Shown piece after piece: positions 19,439 through 29,970 of a stretch of 64,000 nt of DNA. The notes below the pieces were generated by a model that saw only the letters and a list, made by a program, of their open reading frames with translations, was not told where the DNA came from and searched no databases. How positions within the stretch are numbered: the first letter of the stretch is position 1; each line of letters starts with the position of its first letter. The DNA lies in the NCBI GenBank assembly GCA_021796335.1, contig JAJYHZ010000001.1:144360-208359 (forward strand). The letters are read 5' to 3'. The DNA comes from a bacterium (GTDB lineage: Bacteria > Patescibacteriota > Minisyncoccia > UBA6257 > UBA9933). Position numbers and translations under genes: made by a program.

Positions 19439-21184
19439 ATGACTCCTACCGAGCAAATAAAGGAAAAAATCGATATAGTGGACTTTATAAAGGGGTATAT
19501 TGAATTAAGGCCGGCCGGAAAGTATTTCAAGGCGAATTGCCCGTTTCATCAGGAAAAGACGCCGTCTTTTATAGTTTCGCCTGACAGGCAAACTTGGCAC
19601 TGCTTCGGGTCATGCGGCGAAGGCGGCGATATTTTCAAATTTTTAATGAAATACGAAAATATTGAGTTTTACGAAGCTTTAAAAATTCTGGCCGAAAAAG
19701 CCGGGATTGAGCTTAAAAAAATCAGTCCCGTCGATCAAAAGCAATTCGGAATTTTATACGATATAAACAATTCCGCCAAAGATTTTTTTAAAAAAAAATT
19801 GCTCGCAAATAGTCGCGTTAAAAAATATTTGGAAGAGCGTGGTCTTAAAGATAAGGCCATTAATGAATTTGAGATCGGATTCGCACCGCAAGCTTATGAA
19901 GAGCTCACGCTGGATTTGATTAATTTGGGTTATGACATCAAAGATATCGAAAGAGCTGGATTGAATTTTAAAAGTGAAAAAGGAAATTATATCGATAGAT
20001 TTCGCGGCCGAATAATGTTTCCAATTTTCAATCATTTCGGGAAAATTGTCGGATTCAGCGGAAGAATCATGCCGGAATATGACAATGGCGAAACCGGAAA
20101 ATACATCAACAGTCCTGAAACCGCAATTTACAACAAATCGAAAATTCTATACGGATTCCATAAAGCGAAAAACTTTATTCGTCAGGAAAATCAGGCGCTT
20201 TTGGTCGAAGGTCAGATGGACTTCCTAATGAGTTATCAGGACGGAGTCAAAAATGCGGTCGCTACCTCGGGAACCGCTTTAACCGAAGATCATCTTCGCG
20301 CTCTTCGCCGCCAAACCGATAATCTTATTTTTTCTTTTGACAGCGATGAGGCCGGTTTAAAGGCTGCCGAAAGAAGTATTGATTTGGCCGACAATTTGGA
20401 TTTTAATGTTAAAATCCTGACTTTACAGGACAGTAAAGATCCGGCTGAAACTGTTTTAAAACACCCGGGTTTAATGGTTGATTTAGTAAAAAAGTCCAAA
20501 CCCGTAATGGAATTTTATTTCGATCGTTATATAAATAACAAGCAGCCCGCTGGCTCAAGCGGAAAACCGGATATTGGCGAGTTTAAAAAAAATCTTCGCA
20601 TTGTCCTCTATAAAATTAAAAACTTAATAAGCCCAATTGAACGCGATTATTGGATAAAAGAACTTTCGTTATTGGTAAATATAGGCGAACAAGTTCTTGT
20701 CCAGGAAATGACGCAATTGTCCGAAATAAAAAAAGAAAATCGGACAGAAAAAAATTTAATAAACAATCAATTGCAAATCACCGCTCCGACCAGGCGGGAT
20801 TTGATCGGCGAAAGGCTGATCGCCTTAACTATTATTAAGGATTCTTTAAAAAACAAAATGGAAGAATATTTCCAATATTTGCCTGAAAAATTCCAAAAAA
20901 TATTTAATTATTGCAGTAAAAAAGAGCCGTCGGATGATTCCGAAATTGCGCGATTAGCCGATGATCTTGTTTTACGCTCCAGTCTGGAAATCGAAAAAAC
21001 AGATATGGAGAAAATTGATGAAGAATTCTCCGATCTTCTAAAACAATTAAGAAGCGAATCATTAAAGGAAAAAAGGAATGAATTAATGCGTGCAATAAAA
21101 GAGGCGGAAAGGAAAAAAGATGAACAAAAATTAAGCGAAGTTCTGAAACAATTTGACGAATTGTCAAAATTGCTTCAGAATTAG
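19439..21184 (+). CDS. dnaG: DNA primase
   Basis: CPFH.EKTPSF Zn finger, KYINSPET, EGQMD, DSDEAG Toprim. Confidence 0.98.
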   Translation: MTPTEQIKEKIDIVDFIKGYIELRPAGKYFKANCPFHQEKTPSFIVSPDRQTWHCFGSCGEGGDIFKFLMKYENIEFYEALKILAEKAGIELKKISPVDQKQFGILYDINNSAKDFFKKKLLANSRVKKYLEERGLKDKAINEFEIGFAPQAYEELTLDLINLGYDIKDIERAGLNFKSEKGNYIDRFRGRIMFPIFNHFGKIVGFSGRIMPEYDNGETGKYINSPETAIYNKSKILYGFHKAKNFIRQENQALLVEGQMDFLMSYQDGVKNAVATSGTALTEDHLRALRRQTDNLIFSFDSDEAGLKAAERSIDLADNLDFNVKILTLQDSKDPAETVLKHPGLMVDLVKKSKPVMEFYFDRYINNKQPAGSSGKPDIGEFKKNLRIVLYKIKNLISPIERDYWIKELSLLVNIGEQVLVQEMTQLSEIKKENRTEKNLINNQLQITAPTRRDLIGERLIALTIIKDSLKNKMEEYFQYLPEKFQKIFNYCSKKEPSDDSEIARLADDLVLRSSLEIEKTDMEKIDEEFSDLLKQLRSESLKEKRNELMRAIKEAERKKDEQKLSEVLKQFDELSKLLQN

Positions 21185-21202
21185 CAGCATACCAAAAATC
21201 TT

Positions 21203-22459
21203 ATGGCGAAAAATAAAAAGAAGGAAATCATAAAAACGGCTAGTAAAAAAGGAATAAAAAGATCTCCGAAAACAAGCAAAAAAACCACCAAAAAAACAAA
21301 AAAACCCGTTAAGCGCGGTAAGGCTGTTAAGGCGGCAAAACCGAAAAAACAAGCGAAAAAAACCGCTGTTGAAAAAGAACTGACCGGAGTCGACAAGGAA
21401 ACCGTCGATGAACTGGTTCAAAGAGGAAAATCCCGCGGTTTTGTTACTGATACTGAAATTCTTCATTATTTCCCGAAAATTGAGGATGATATTTCTCAGC
21501 TCGAAGAGATTTACGATTATCTTGAAAAAAATAATATTAAAGTTATCGAAACCGCTGCCTTAATCGAACTTCCATCAGAGGAAGCCTCCAAAAAAGAATT
21601 AGAAGAAACGGCTTTATTAAATATAGAAGAACATCCCGACACCGTTCAGCTTTATTTAAAAGAAATTGGGCGATATTCTTTGCTTACCGGAGATGAAGAA
21701 AAAGATTTAGCCAAAAGAGCGGAAAAAAACGATGAAGCGGCCCGCCAGAGACTGATTCAGGCTAATTTAAGGCTTGTAGTTTCCATCGCGAAACGATACG
21801 CCTATCGCACAAGCCAGATGGGAATTTTGGACTTAATTCAAGAGGGAAATATAGGTTTATCTAAAGCGGTTGATAAATTTGACTATCGAAAAGGCTTTAA
21901 GTTTTCAACTTACGCAACCTGGTGGATTCGTCAGGCCATTACCCGCGCCCTGGCCGACCAGTCTAGGACCGTTCGAATTCCGGTTCACATGATTGAAAAT
22001 ATCTCGAAATATACCCAGGTTAAAAGGCGATTGATGCAAGAGCTCGGCCGCGAACCGTTGGCCGAGGAAATAGCTATTGAAATGGGAACGACTGTTGATA
22101 AAGTTTATAATCTTCAAAAAATTTCCCAGGAAGTTATTTCGCTTGAGGCTCCATTGGTTGAAGATAATGATGAGGCAACATTGTCCGATTTGATTCCGGA
22201 TGATAAGAATCTTTCTCCGGTTCAATCTTCCGAATTGGCGCTTTTAAAAGAAAAAATTCGTGAAATTTTAATCGATCTTACTCCTCGCGAGCAGGAAATT
22301 TTGAAATTGCGATTCGGTCTAGGTGATGGGATTACTCATACACTTGAAGAAGTCGGCAAAAAATTCGGCGTTACCCGCGAACGTATCAGACAGATTGAGG
22401 CAAAGGCATTGGAAAAAATCAAAACCCACGGCAAGGCCCGCGAATTGGAACAATACTAA
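21203..22459 (+). CDS. rpoD: Primary sigma factor with Lys-rich N-terminal extension
   Basis: [33 protein letters not shown]; after dnaG. Confidence 0.96.
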   Translation: MAKNKKKEIIKTASKKGIKRSPKTSKKTTKKTKKPVKRGKAVKAAKPKKQAKKTAVEKELTGVDKETVDELVQRGKSRGFVTDTEILHYFPKIEDDISQLEEIYDYLEKNNIKVIETAALIELPSEEASKKELEETALLNIEEHPDTVQLYLKEIGRYSLLTGDEEKDLAKRAEKNDEAARQRLIQANLRLVVSIAKRYAYRTSQMGILDLIQEGNIGLSKAVDKFDYRKGFKFSTYATWWIRQAITRALADQSRTVRIPVHMIENISKYTQVKRRLMQELGREPLAEEIAIEMGTTVDKVYNLQKISQEVISLEAPLVEDNDEATLSDLIPDDKNLSPVQSSELALLKEKIREILIDLTPREQEILKLRFGLGDGITHTLEEVGKKFGVTRERIRQIEAKALEKIKTHGKARELEQY

Positions 22460-22537
22460 AAATAGTTGTCCGTTCGCAATTTTTTTGAATTTTTTAAACT
22501 ATAAACTAAAATCTAATAACTAAAAAACTATTCTATA

Positions 22538-24460
22538 ATGACAGCACAGGAACTTCGAAAAAAATATTTGGATTTTTTTAAATCCAAAGGTCATACAATT
22601 ATCCCGTCCGCATCTTTAGTTCCGGCTGAAACCGATGCCTCGGTGCTTTTTACGACTGCAGGAATGCATCCCTTGGTGCCGTTTTTATTGGGAGAACCGC
22701 ATCCGGGCGGTAAACGTGTTGTAAACGTTCAAAAATGCGTTAGGACGGGGGATATTGATGATGTCGGAGATAATCGCCATCTTACATTTTTTGAGATGAT
22801 GGGAAATTGGAGCTTTGGCGATTACTTCAAAAAAGAAGCTATTGAATGGAGTTTTGAATTTCTAACCGGTAAAGAATGGCTTAATTTAGATCCGAAAAGA
22901 ATCTATGTGACTGTTTTTAAGGGTTATCCATCGACAAACTCAGAACAAGGAATTCCTCGCGATGAAGAGGCGATTAAAATCTGGCAAGAAACTTTTTCTA
23001 ATTCTAAAATTGGAATAAATGCGGAAATCGCCGACGATGATGGAATTATTAAAAATAATATTCGAATTATTCCTTTGGGATTGGATGATAATTTTTGGAT
23101 CGCCGGCGCAACTGGTCCGTGCGGAGGAGACACGGAAATGTTCTATGACACACGTCCGTCCAAGGGGAAAATTGACGGACAAAAATTTTCCGATCTGGTC
23201 GACAGCTTCCGTCTGATCGAAGTTTGGAACGATGTTTTTATGGAATTTGAAAAGAAAGCGGGCGGATCGGTGGAAAAATTGGCACAGCAAAATGTGGATA
23301 CCGGAATGGGTGTAGAAAGAACGCTGGCAATTTTAAATGATAAAGAATCAGTCTTTGATACCGAATTATTTCAGCCGATTTTTGAAAAAATTTCCGAAAT
23401 TTCTGATAAAAAATATGAGGGCAATGAAAATTCTTTCAGAATTATTGCCGATCACATAAAATCCGCAACGTTTATGATTTCCGATGGAGTTGAACCAAGT
23501 AATGTTATGCGCGGCTATGTTTTGCGCCGTTTAATTCGCCGCGCTATTCGATACGGAAAGGTTCTAGGAATTGATAATAATTTCACACAGCAAATTTCCG
23601 AAACCGTTATTGAAATGTATAAAACTCCATATTCGGAATTAGAAAAAAATAAAGATAAAATTTTAGAATCTTTAGGAAAAGAGGAAGATAAATTTCGTGA
23701 AACTTTAGAAAAGGGATTAAAAATACTTGAGAAAGAAATCAGGCAACTTTCTTGGAGTGGAGAAAAAGCTCACGACGTGAATGGAATATCAATTTTGGAT
23801 TCAATACCAATCTGGCGAATGAAAAAAAGTAAGGAGAAATTTCCAGGAAAAATCGTTTTTGATTTGTATCAGACTTACGGTTTTCCGCTCGAAATTACTA
23901 AAGAGGAGCTTCAAAAGCAAAACATAGAAATCGACGAAAAAGGTTTTCAAGAAGAATTTCAAAAACATCAGGAGCTTTCCCGCACAGCTTCAGGCGGAGT
24001 TTTTAAGGGTGGATTACAAAGTCAGGACAAGCAAACCACAAAACTTCATACGGCAACCCATTTATTACAAGCCGCTTTACGCGAAGTTTTGGGGCCTCAT
24101 GTTTTCCAAAAAGGAAGTAATATTACGGCGGAAAGATTGCGTTTTGATTTTTCCCATCACGAAAAAATGACTCCGGAACAGATCGAAAAAATCGAGAATT
24201 TAGTTAATGAAAAAATTCGCGAAAGTATTTTTGTTATTTGCAAAGAAACGGACGTTGAAACAGCCAAGAAAGAAGGCGCGATAGGCGTATTTGAGTCTAA
24301 ATACAGCGAAAAAGTAAAAGTTTATTCCGTCGGTGAATTTTCAAAAGAAATCTGCGGCGGACCTCATGTCCAAAACACTTCCGAGCTTGGCCATTTTAAA
24401 ATATTAAAAGAGGAAGCGGTCAGCGCCGGTGTTCGCCGCATAAAGGCGATTTTGGAATAA
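22538..24460 (+). CDS. alaS: Alanine--tRNA ligase (short form ending after the editing domain)
   Basis: FTTAGM, HLTFFEMMGNWSFGDYFK, HTATHLL, CGGPHV; 640 aa, no C-Ala domain. Confidence 0.96.
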   Translation: MTAQELRKKYLDFFKSKGHTIIPSASLVPAETDASVLFTTAGMHPLVPFLLGEPHPGGKRVVNVQKCVRTGDIDDVGDNRHLTFFEMMGNWSFGDYFKKEAIEWSFEFLTGKEWLNLDPKRIYVTVFKGYPSTNSEQGIPRDEEAIKIWQETFSNSKIGINAEIADDDGIIKNNIRIIPLGLDDNFWIAGATGPCGGDTEMFYDTRPSKGKIDGQKFSDLVDSFRLIEVWNDVFMEFEKKAGGSVEKLAQQNVDTGMGVERTLAILNDKESVFDTELFQPIFEKISEISDKKYEGNENSFRIIADHIKSATFMISDGVEPSNVMRGYVLRRLIRRAIRYGKVLGIDNNFTQQISETVIEMYKTPYSELEKNKDKILESLGKEEDKFRETLEKGLKILEKEIRQLSWSGEKAHDVNGISILDSIPIWRMKKSKEKFPGKIVFDLYQTYGFPLEITKEELQKQNIEIDEKGFQEEFQKHQELSRTASGGVFKGGLQSQDKQTTKLHTATHLLQAALREVLGPHVFQKGSNITAERLRFDFSHHEKMTPEQIEKIENLVNEKIRESIFVICKETDVETAKKEGAIGVFESKYSEKVKVYSVGEFSKEICGGPHVQNTSELGHFKILKEEAVSAGVRRIKAILE

Positions 24461-24461
24461 A

Positions 24462-25178
24462 TCAATTCAATTTCCTTCTATTTTTCTTCGGCAGTGTTAT
24501 TATCGTAGTTTCTTGTCCCACGCCTGGAGCCGCTTCGCTTCGTTTTTTCGCTTCACGGACAACTTGTTCGACGCGTTTTGCCGGAAATGTTTTTTTATAC
24601 CCGGATCCGATTAGATAATACATGGCATGCGCCGCACCGCTTCCTACGGCGACATATCCTAATTCATCGTGCGATGTTGAAATTCCTGGATGGGTTATGC
24701 TGTATATGTGGCAATTCCCGCCGGGGTTGCTTCCCGCAACTATCATTTCGACGCCTATACTGAATGAATCCAATTCATGTTCGATTTTATTGACGACTCC
24801 CGGAAATAATTTTTGCTGTATATCATAATAAGAGTTCAAATTCAAACCTCTTGGCTCTAAAAATGTTTTGGAGAACAAATTTCGCCTGTAATCCTGATAA
24901 ATTTTTCTTGTGCGCTCGACAACGTATTCCGTGCGTCGATGTTCCGGTTTGACATTCGCATCGGATCTGATATCTCTGATAAGCTGATCGACTATTTCAA
25001 AGGCATGCAAAGTATTGCCCGCCGTTAAAATTGCGATATTTTCGGTGGGGAAATATATTTTTCGGACGTCTTCCGTTTCAAATTCATAAGCGATTGGAAT
25101 TGTGGCGGTTATCATCTGATCTGCGGCTAAGATTATTTTTTTCTTGTCTTCTGCTAAGGCGGCGATACAGATGGTCAT
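24462..25178 (-). CDS. Proteasome-beta-like Ntn hydrolase
   Basis: N-terminal (M)T, AAD, K, AG, GSG pattern typical of 20S/HslV-type subunits. Confidence 0.75.
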   Translation of the reverse strand: MTICIAALAEDKKKIILAADQMITATIPIAYEFETEDVRKIYFPTENIAILTAGNTLHAFEIVDQLIRDIRSDANVKPEHRRTEYVVERTRKIYQDYRRNLFSKTFLEPRGLNLNSYYDIQQKLFPGVVNKIEHELDSFSIGVEMIVAGSNPGGNCHIYSITHPGISTSHDELGYVAVGSGAAHAMYYLIGSGYKKTFPAKRVEQVVREAKKRSEAAPGVGQETTIITLPKKNRRKLN

Positions 25179-25286
25179 ATATTAATTTTACTACAAACCG
25201 AGAATTTAATGAAAAATTACCGAATTTTTCTATTTACATAAAACTAAATTCATGTATAATAAAACTGTTCCAAAATTGAATAATAT

Positions 25287-25359
25287 TCCCCGGTAGCTCA
25301 GCTGGTAGAGCGGCTCGCTGTTAACGAGATGGTCGTAGGTTCGAATCCTACCCGGGGAG
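25287..25359 (+). tRNA. tRNA-Asn(GTT), CCA not encoded at this locus
   Basis: TCCCCGG/CCGGGGA acceptor stem, TAGCTCAGCTGGTAGAGC D arm, CTGTTAA anticodon loop, GGTTCGAATCC T arm. Confidence 0.97.
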
Positions 25360-26821
25360 CATCTATAAAACTTAGGTCAGTTTCAGAAAAATTCAGCCGC
25401 GCTTCGCGGAGCGAAGCGTAAGGTTTTGTGGGGGTAAATTCGACACGACGGTTTTTGAGAAAGAGGTTCGAGCCGAAAATTTTTCGGAGGGAGGTCTTTT
25501 TGGCATTTATGTCGTCATTGATTGCGACTTTCGCAAGCAATGACGCGTCTTTTATCCAGTTTCGCATCGGTTCGAGCCACGGGCACTGGCCTCTTTGCGA
25601 TCTCGCCAAAACCTCCTCCAGCGATTTCTTCTCCGACATGAGGGTTTTCTTGCGGGCAAGGTAGGTGTCGTGGTCGATTTCCTGATCCACAAAGAGGTCG
25701 GTGATCCGGTCTATCTTCTGGCGTACGTCGTCGATCTTCTCCTGTAAGCCCCTGACGAGGGTTGCCATCGTGCGGGAGGCGTCTTTTTCGTCTTCGTCCG
25801 CGAGCCGCGACATCTCTCTAGCCCACGCCTCCGGCATGACGTACTGCGTGAGCAGTTCGGAGAGGTCGGCGACAAGAGTTTCTTCCCTGATATATGGTTG
25901 CGAACAGCGGGTCGCCGCTTTTTTGGTACAGCGGTAATAGATATGGCCCTTCTGTTCTTCAGCGGTGATCATGCACCCACACTCGCCGCACCGGAGCAAG
26001 CCGCATAGCGGCTTCGGTTCTTTGTCCGTCTTCTGCGGGTGTCCCCGCCTCTCGATCACGGACTGCACTTTGTCGAACAATGCCTTGCTGATGAGCGGCG
26101 TATGCCTGCCCTCGTATATCTCCCCGCCATAGCGGAAATGACCGTAGTAAAAGGGGTTGGTGAGAATGAATTTTATTTGATCTTTATGGAGCGGATTGCC
26201 GTGCCAACTTTTCACGCCGTTATCAAAGAGAAATTTGGAAATGTCTTCGTAACGAGAGTTGCCTTTGGCGTACAGCTCGATGGCGGCGATAACCGCTTTG
26301 CTTTTCTTCCGGTCAATCACGATGGTCTTCGCTCGCACGTCGTTCAGATATCCCACGGGTGCGGTTCCGGGGAATATTCCCATCCGCGCCTTCTGCCGCA
26401 GCCCTCGGCTCGTATTGGAACTAAGATCGCGGATGAACTGGTTGGCCATGCCAAACTCGACGGACATGAGAAGCACGTTGTCCGGCGGATAGTAACTCTT
26501 TTCGGGCGTGGCGATACGCTGAATAGTTCCCTGTTGGAGCAACCAGCGCACAAGTCCGTCGTCCACCGGATTTCTCGCCAGTCGATCCAGCTTCCAGCAG
26601 ATGACGCCCTGTGCCTCGCCCCGTTGGATACGGTTCATCATATCGTTGAATATCGGGCGTCCGGGCACTTTTGCCGTCCGGCTCTCGGTAAACTCGGTCA
26701 AAATCTCCAACCCTTCGCTTTTTGCAAGCGAGCGTAGTTCCTGTAACTGGCCTTCAATGGAGAGAACCTGCTTGTCCTCGACATCGGTGGATTTTCGGGC
26801 GTAGAGGAAGTAATTGGCCAT
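25298..26821 (-). CDS. Large serine recombinase A (resolvase + recombinase + Zn ribbon); C-terminus reads antisense into the tRNA
   Basis: YARKS catalytic Ser, DRLAR, NPFYYG, CGECG...YYRC; ATG at 26821 preferred. Confidence 0.93.
   Translation of the reverse strand: MANYFLYARKSTDVEDKQVLSIEGQLQELRSLAKSEGLEILTEFTESRTAKVPGRPIFNDMMNRIQRGEAQGVICWKLDRLARNPVDDGLVRWLLQQGTIQRIATPEKSYYPPDNVLLMSVEFGMANQFIRDLSSNTSRGLRQKARMGIFPGTAPVGYLNDVRAKTIVIDRKKSKAVIAAIELYAKGNSRYEDISKFLFDNGVKSWHGNPLHKDQIKFILTNPFYYGHFRYGGEIYEGRHTPLISKALFDKVQSVIERRGHPQKTDKEPKPLCGLLRCGECGCMITAEEQKGHIYYRCTKKAATRCSQPYIREETLVADLSELLTQYVMPEAWAREMSRLADEDEKDASRTMATLVRGLQEKIDDVRQKIDRITDLFVDQEIDHDTYLARKKTLMSEKKSLEEVLARSQRGQCPWLEPMRNWIKDASLLAKVAINDDINAKKTSLRKIFGSNLFLKNRRVEFTPTKPYASLREARLNFSETDLSFIDAPRVGFEPTTISLTASRSTS
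25357..25472. repeat. 116-bp arm, perfect inverted repeat of 29519-29634
   Basis: Base-by-base reverse-complement identity. Confidence 0.97.
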
Positions 26822-26880
26822 AGTATTATAATATATTGTAATACTACCATATAATATAACAAGCGATATACTTGTGAGTA

Positions 26881-27087
26881 ATGGGAGTTGAAGCCTCAAA
26901 ACTCGGCAAGAATTTAAAGCGTATCAGAATCGCAAAGGGCATAACACAAGGCGATATCGTCCGCAAACTCGGCGTGGGGCGAGGATTTATAAGCAACATC
27001 GAGAACGGTAAAGCTAACCCGACGCTCACAACAATTACAAAACTAGCAAAGGCGCTCGGTGTTCCTACGGATGAACTCTTAAAATAA
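26881..27087 (+). CDS. XRE-family HTH regulator (R-M controller-like)
   Basis: LKRIR..KGITQ...ISNIENGKANPTL; directly upstream of the MTase. Confidence 0.88.
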   Translation: MGVEASKLGKNLKRIRIAKGITQGDIVRKLGVGRGFISNIENGKANPTLTTITKLAKALGVPTDELLK

Positions 27088-27089
27088 TC

Positions 27090-28268
27090 ATGGCGAACAG
27101 CAATCTCACTAACGCGAAAAGGACAAAGAACGACGAGTTTTATACTCAGTACGACGATATTCAAAAAGAAATTGAGGCGTATTTGGAATACGACCCCGAT
27201 GTATTTCGCGGCAAAGTAGTGTATTGCAATTGCGACGATCCATTCGAGAGCAATTTCTTTCGCTATTTCGCGCTCAATTTCAACAAGCTCGGATTGAAAC
27301 AGCTTATCACCACGAGCTACAAACCCTCGCCCGTAGCCAACACGCAATTGGGATTGTTCGGCAATGATAAAACACTCACGAAATCAAAAGGCCGTCCCAA
27401 GATAACTGCCAACAAATTTATTATCAATGAAGTGCGCGACATAGACGACGATGGCGAGTTCAGCTTGATGGATGTTGCCAAGCGGTTAAAGACGAATAAA
27501 CACAACGAATGGACACCGCTAGAAGGCGACGGCGACTTCCGTAGCGATGAATCTATAAATCTGCTGAAACAATCCGACATCGTAGTAACAAATCCTCCAT
27601 TCAGTTTATTTCGCCAGTATATAAAACAACTCGTTGATTATGATAAAAAGTTTTTAATCATCGGCAACATAAACGCGATCACCTACAAAGAAGTATTCCC
27701 ATTGCTTAAAGGGAATAAGGTTTGGCTCGGCGAAAGTATCCATAGCGGCGATCGAGAATTTATAGTTCCACATTATATTTTCAAGGAAATCGGTAATTGG
27801 CGAACTGATGAAAATGGCGTTCATTACGCACGGGTTATGGGCGTTCGTTGGTTTACAAACCTAGACCATGGGAGACGGCACAAATCGTTACCGCTAATGA
27901 CGAAAGCAGAAATTATAAAATTCAGCACCAAAAAACCATTCGAGAGATATAATAACTATGATGCTATCGACGTGCCACTAGTAAAACATATTCCTAATGA
28001 TTATGAAGGCGTAATGGGCGTGCCAATCAGTTTTTTGGATAAATATAATCCTGACCAGTTTGAAATCGTTGGAATGTGTGAAAACGAAGACCTGTATAAA
28101 ATGAAAACGAGAATATATACAAGCGCAGAATGCAAACAAGCCTATTTAGATAAGTTTGGGAAAAAAGGAACCTATGATTTAAATGCAAGCGGAGTGGTTA
28201 TTAAGGACGGCCTACTAGAGAAGGTTTACCAAAGAATACTAATTAGACATAAGAAAAAAATAAAATGA
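27090..28268 (+). CDS. Adenine DNA methyltransferase, EcoRI-methylase family
   Basis: KNDEFYT, YCNCDDP, GDGDFRS, VTNPPFSLFR, MGVPISFLDKYNP. Confidence 0.88.
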   Translation: MANSNLTNAKRTKNDEFYTQYDDIQKEIEAYLEYDPDVFRGKVVYCNCDDPFESNFFRYFALNFNKLGLKQLITTSYKPSPVANTQLGLFGNDKTLTKSKGRPKITANKFIINEVRDIDDDGEFSLMDVAKRLKTNKHNEWTPLEGDGDFRSDESINLLKQSDIVVTNPPFSLFRQYIKQLVDYDKKFLIIGNINAITYKEVFPLLKGNKVWLGESIHSGDREFIVPHYIFKEIGNWRTDENGVHYARVMGVRWFTNLDHGRRHKSLPLMTKAEIIKFSTKKPFERYNNYDAIDVPLVKHIPNDYEGVMGVPISFLDKYNPDQFEIVGMCENEDLYKMKTRIYTSAECKQAYLDKFGKKGTYDLNASGVVIKDGLLEKVYQRILIRHKKKIK

Positions 28269-29428
28269 AAACAATCTTAAAAACGGACATCACCGTAAAA
28301 GATATTTGCGAAGGGTTCGTCTATAACGAACTGGAAGGCAAAGGGCTATTCGGCTTGTCCGGCAAGCTCATCATTCAGCCACCGTACCAGCGTAATTTTA
28401 TCTATGCCGAAGCAGGAAAAGAAGCAGCGGTGATTGAATCGATACTAAAAGAATACCCAATAGGCTTGATCTATTTTAATAAAGTTGGTAAGGACAAGTT
28501 TGAAGTTTTGGATGGACAGCAGCGTATCACTAGCATTGGGCGATTTATCGCCGGTAAGTTTGCCATCCAAGACGAAAATGGCATGCCCCAAAATTTTAGC
28601 GGATTGGCACGAGAAAAACGAGCAAAAATTGAGAATACGAAGCTAACCATTTATGAATGTGAAGGCGAGGAAACCGACATCATGAATTGGTTTGAAACTA
28701 TCAATATTGTAGGTATTCCACTCAATGACCAAGAGAAAAGTAATGCCGTGTATTATGGCCCGTTTGTAACGCTTGCGAAGGAAGAGTTCAGTAATAATCA
28801 AAATTCCAATATTCAGAAATGGAACGCATATATAAAAGGTAGCGCTAATCGCCAAGATTTTTTGCATGCCGCACTAGATTGGGTGAGTAGGGGCAATATT
28901 CGAGAATACATGAGTAAGCATCGCAAAGACGAGAATATTAAAGAATTAAAAACCTATTTCAACAGCGTAATTGACTGGGTTTCCAATGTGTTTACCGATG
29001 TGGAAAACGAGATGCGCGGACTGGAGTGGGGCCGACTGTATGAGACATACCACAAAAAATCTTACGACCCTAAGAAGATATCGGCCGAAGTACACAAGCT
29101 CTATGCCGATTCGTATATCAAAAATCGCAAAGGTATTTTTGAGTATATCCTCGGCGGCTCTACTGATACCAAACTACTAGAAGTGCGAGTGTTTGACGAT
29201 GCGACCAAGAAAGCGACCTACGCAACACAGACAGCTTTGGCAGAAAAGAAACATATTTCAAACTGCCCACTATGCGCCGTTGGACGCGATGCCAACAAGG
29301 ACAGAATATGGAAACTGGACGAAATGGATGCTGACCATGTGGCGGCATGGAGCAAGGGCGGTAAAACATCGGCCAAGAATTGCCAGATGTTGTGCAAGAC
29401 TCACAACCGAGCAAAAGGAAATAGATAA
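28265..29428 (+). CDS. DUF262 + HNH endonuclease (GmrSD-like)
   Basis: YQR, DGQQRITS, FETIN..G.PL; C-terminal CPLC...DH....GG....NCQMLC..HN..K. Confidence 0.87.
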   Translation: MKTILKTDITVKDICEGFVYNELEGKGLFGLSGKLIIQPPYQRNFIYAEAGKEAAVIESILKEYPIGLIYFNKVGKDKFEVLDGQQRITSIGRFIAGKFAIQDENGMPQNFSGLAREKRAKIENTKLTIYECEGEETDIMNWFETINIVGIPLNDQEKSNAVYYGPFVTLAKEEFSNNQNSNIQKWNAYIKGSANRQDFLHAALDWVSRGNIREYMSKHRKDENIKELKTYFNSVIDWVSNVFTDVENEMRGLEWGRLYETYHKKSYDPKKISAEVHKLYADSYIKNRKGIFEYILGGSTDTKLLEVRVFDDATKKATYATQTALAEKKHISNCPLCAVGRDANKDRIWKLDEMDADHVAAWSKGGKTSAKNCQMLCKTHNRAKGNR

Positions 29429-29518
29429 AAGGGAGCTTCGCCGATCTCCAAGCGGCGAAGAAATAAATTGCCTATAACACGCGCATGGGTGGCGTGGGGC
29501 AAGTGTTATAACAAAAAT

Positions 29519-29918
29519 CTCGAACCTCTTTCTCAAAAACCGTCGTGTCGAATTTACCCCCACAAAACCTTACGCTTCGCTCCGCGAAGCGCGGCTGAAT
29601 TTTTCTGAAACTGACCTAAGTTTTATAGATGCTCATCTCCACGCTCCCAGTCGAACGTTTTTTATCGAAAATCCGTGAGTTTTACCCCTGCATAAGGGGG
29701 TCGTTTACCCCTTCATTTGGGTAGTCACTAGCTATCTTCGGAGTGACTACCCTCCTGTCTCAAAATCGTCCCAATATCATTGGCTTTCTTGTATCGCCGC
29801 AACCCGAAATCCAACGCCGACTTCACTCCGCTCCGGCCTCTTAGCCTCCGCTCCGTTCATTTGTCCTCGGCCTTCTCTCCCGTCCGTCTTTTGTGGTGGC
29901 TCGTTGGTGGGGGTGAAA
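29519..29918 (+). repeat. Internal intact attP-like junction (116-bp arm + 288-bp arm sharing GCTC at 29631-34), inverted relative to element A's ends
   Basis: 29519-29634 = revcomp of 25357-25472; 29631-29918 = revcomp of 34294-34580 with 3 substitutions and 1 indel. Confidence 0.93.
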
Positions 29919-29970
29919 AAAATAAACCAAAACGCTCACGGCCGCATGGCCGGGAGCGAAAAATCTAACG

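Noticed and set aside
17140-24460. Class I LysRS and short AlaRS as novelties
   Set aside because: Both are known in reduced-genome lineages; kept as features only.
29780-29968. Similar small ORFs at 29780-29968 and 34229-34468
   Set aside because: Similarity is only due to lying within the inverted repeat; an indel shifts the frame between the copies.
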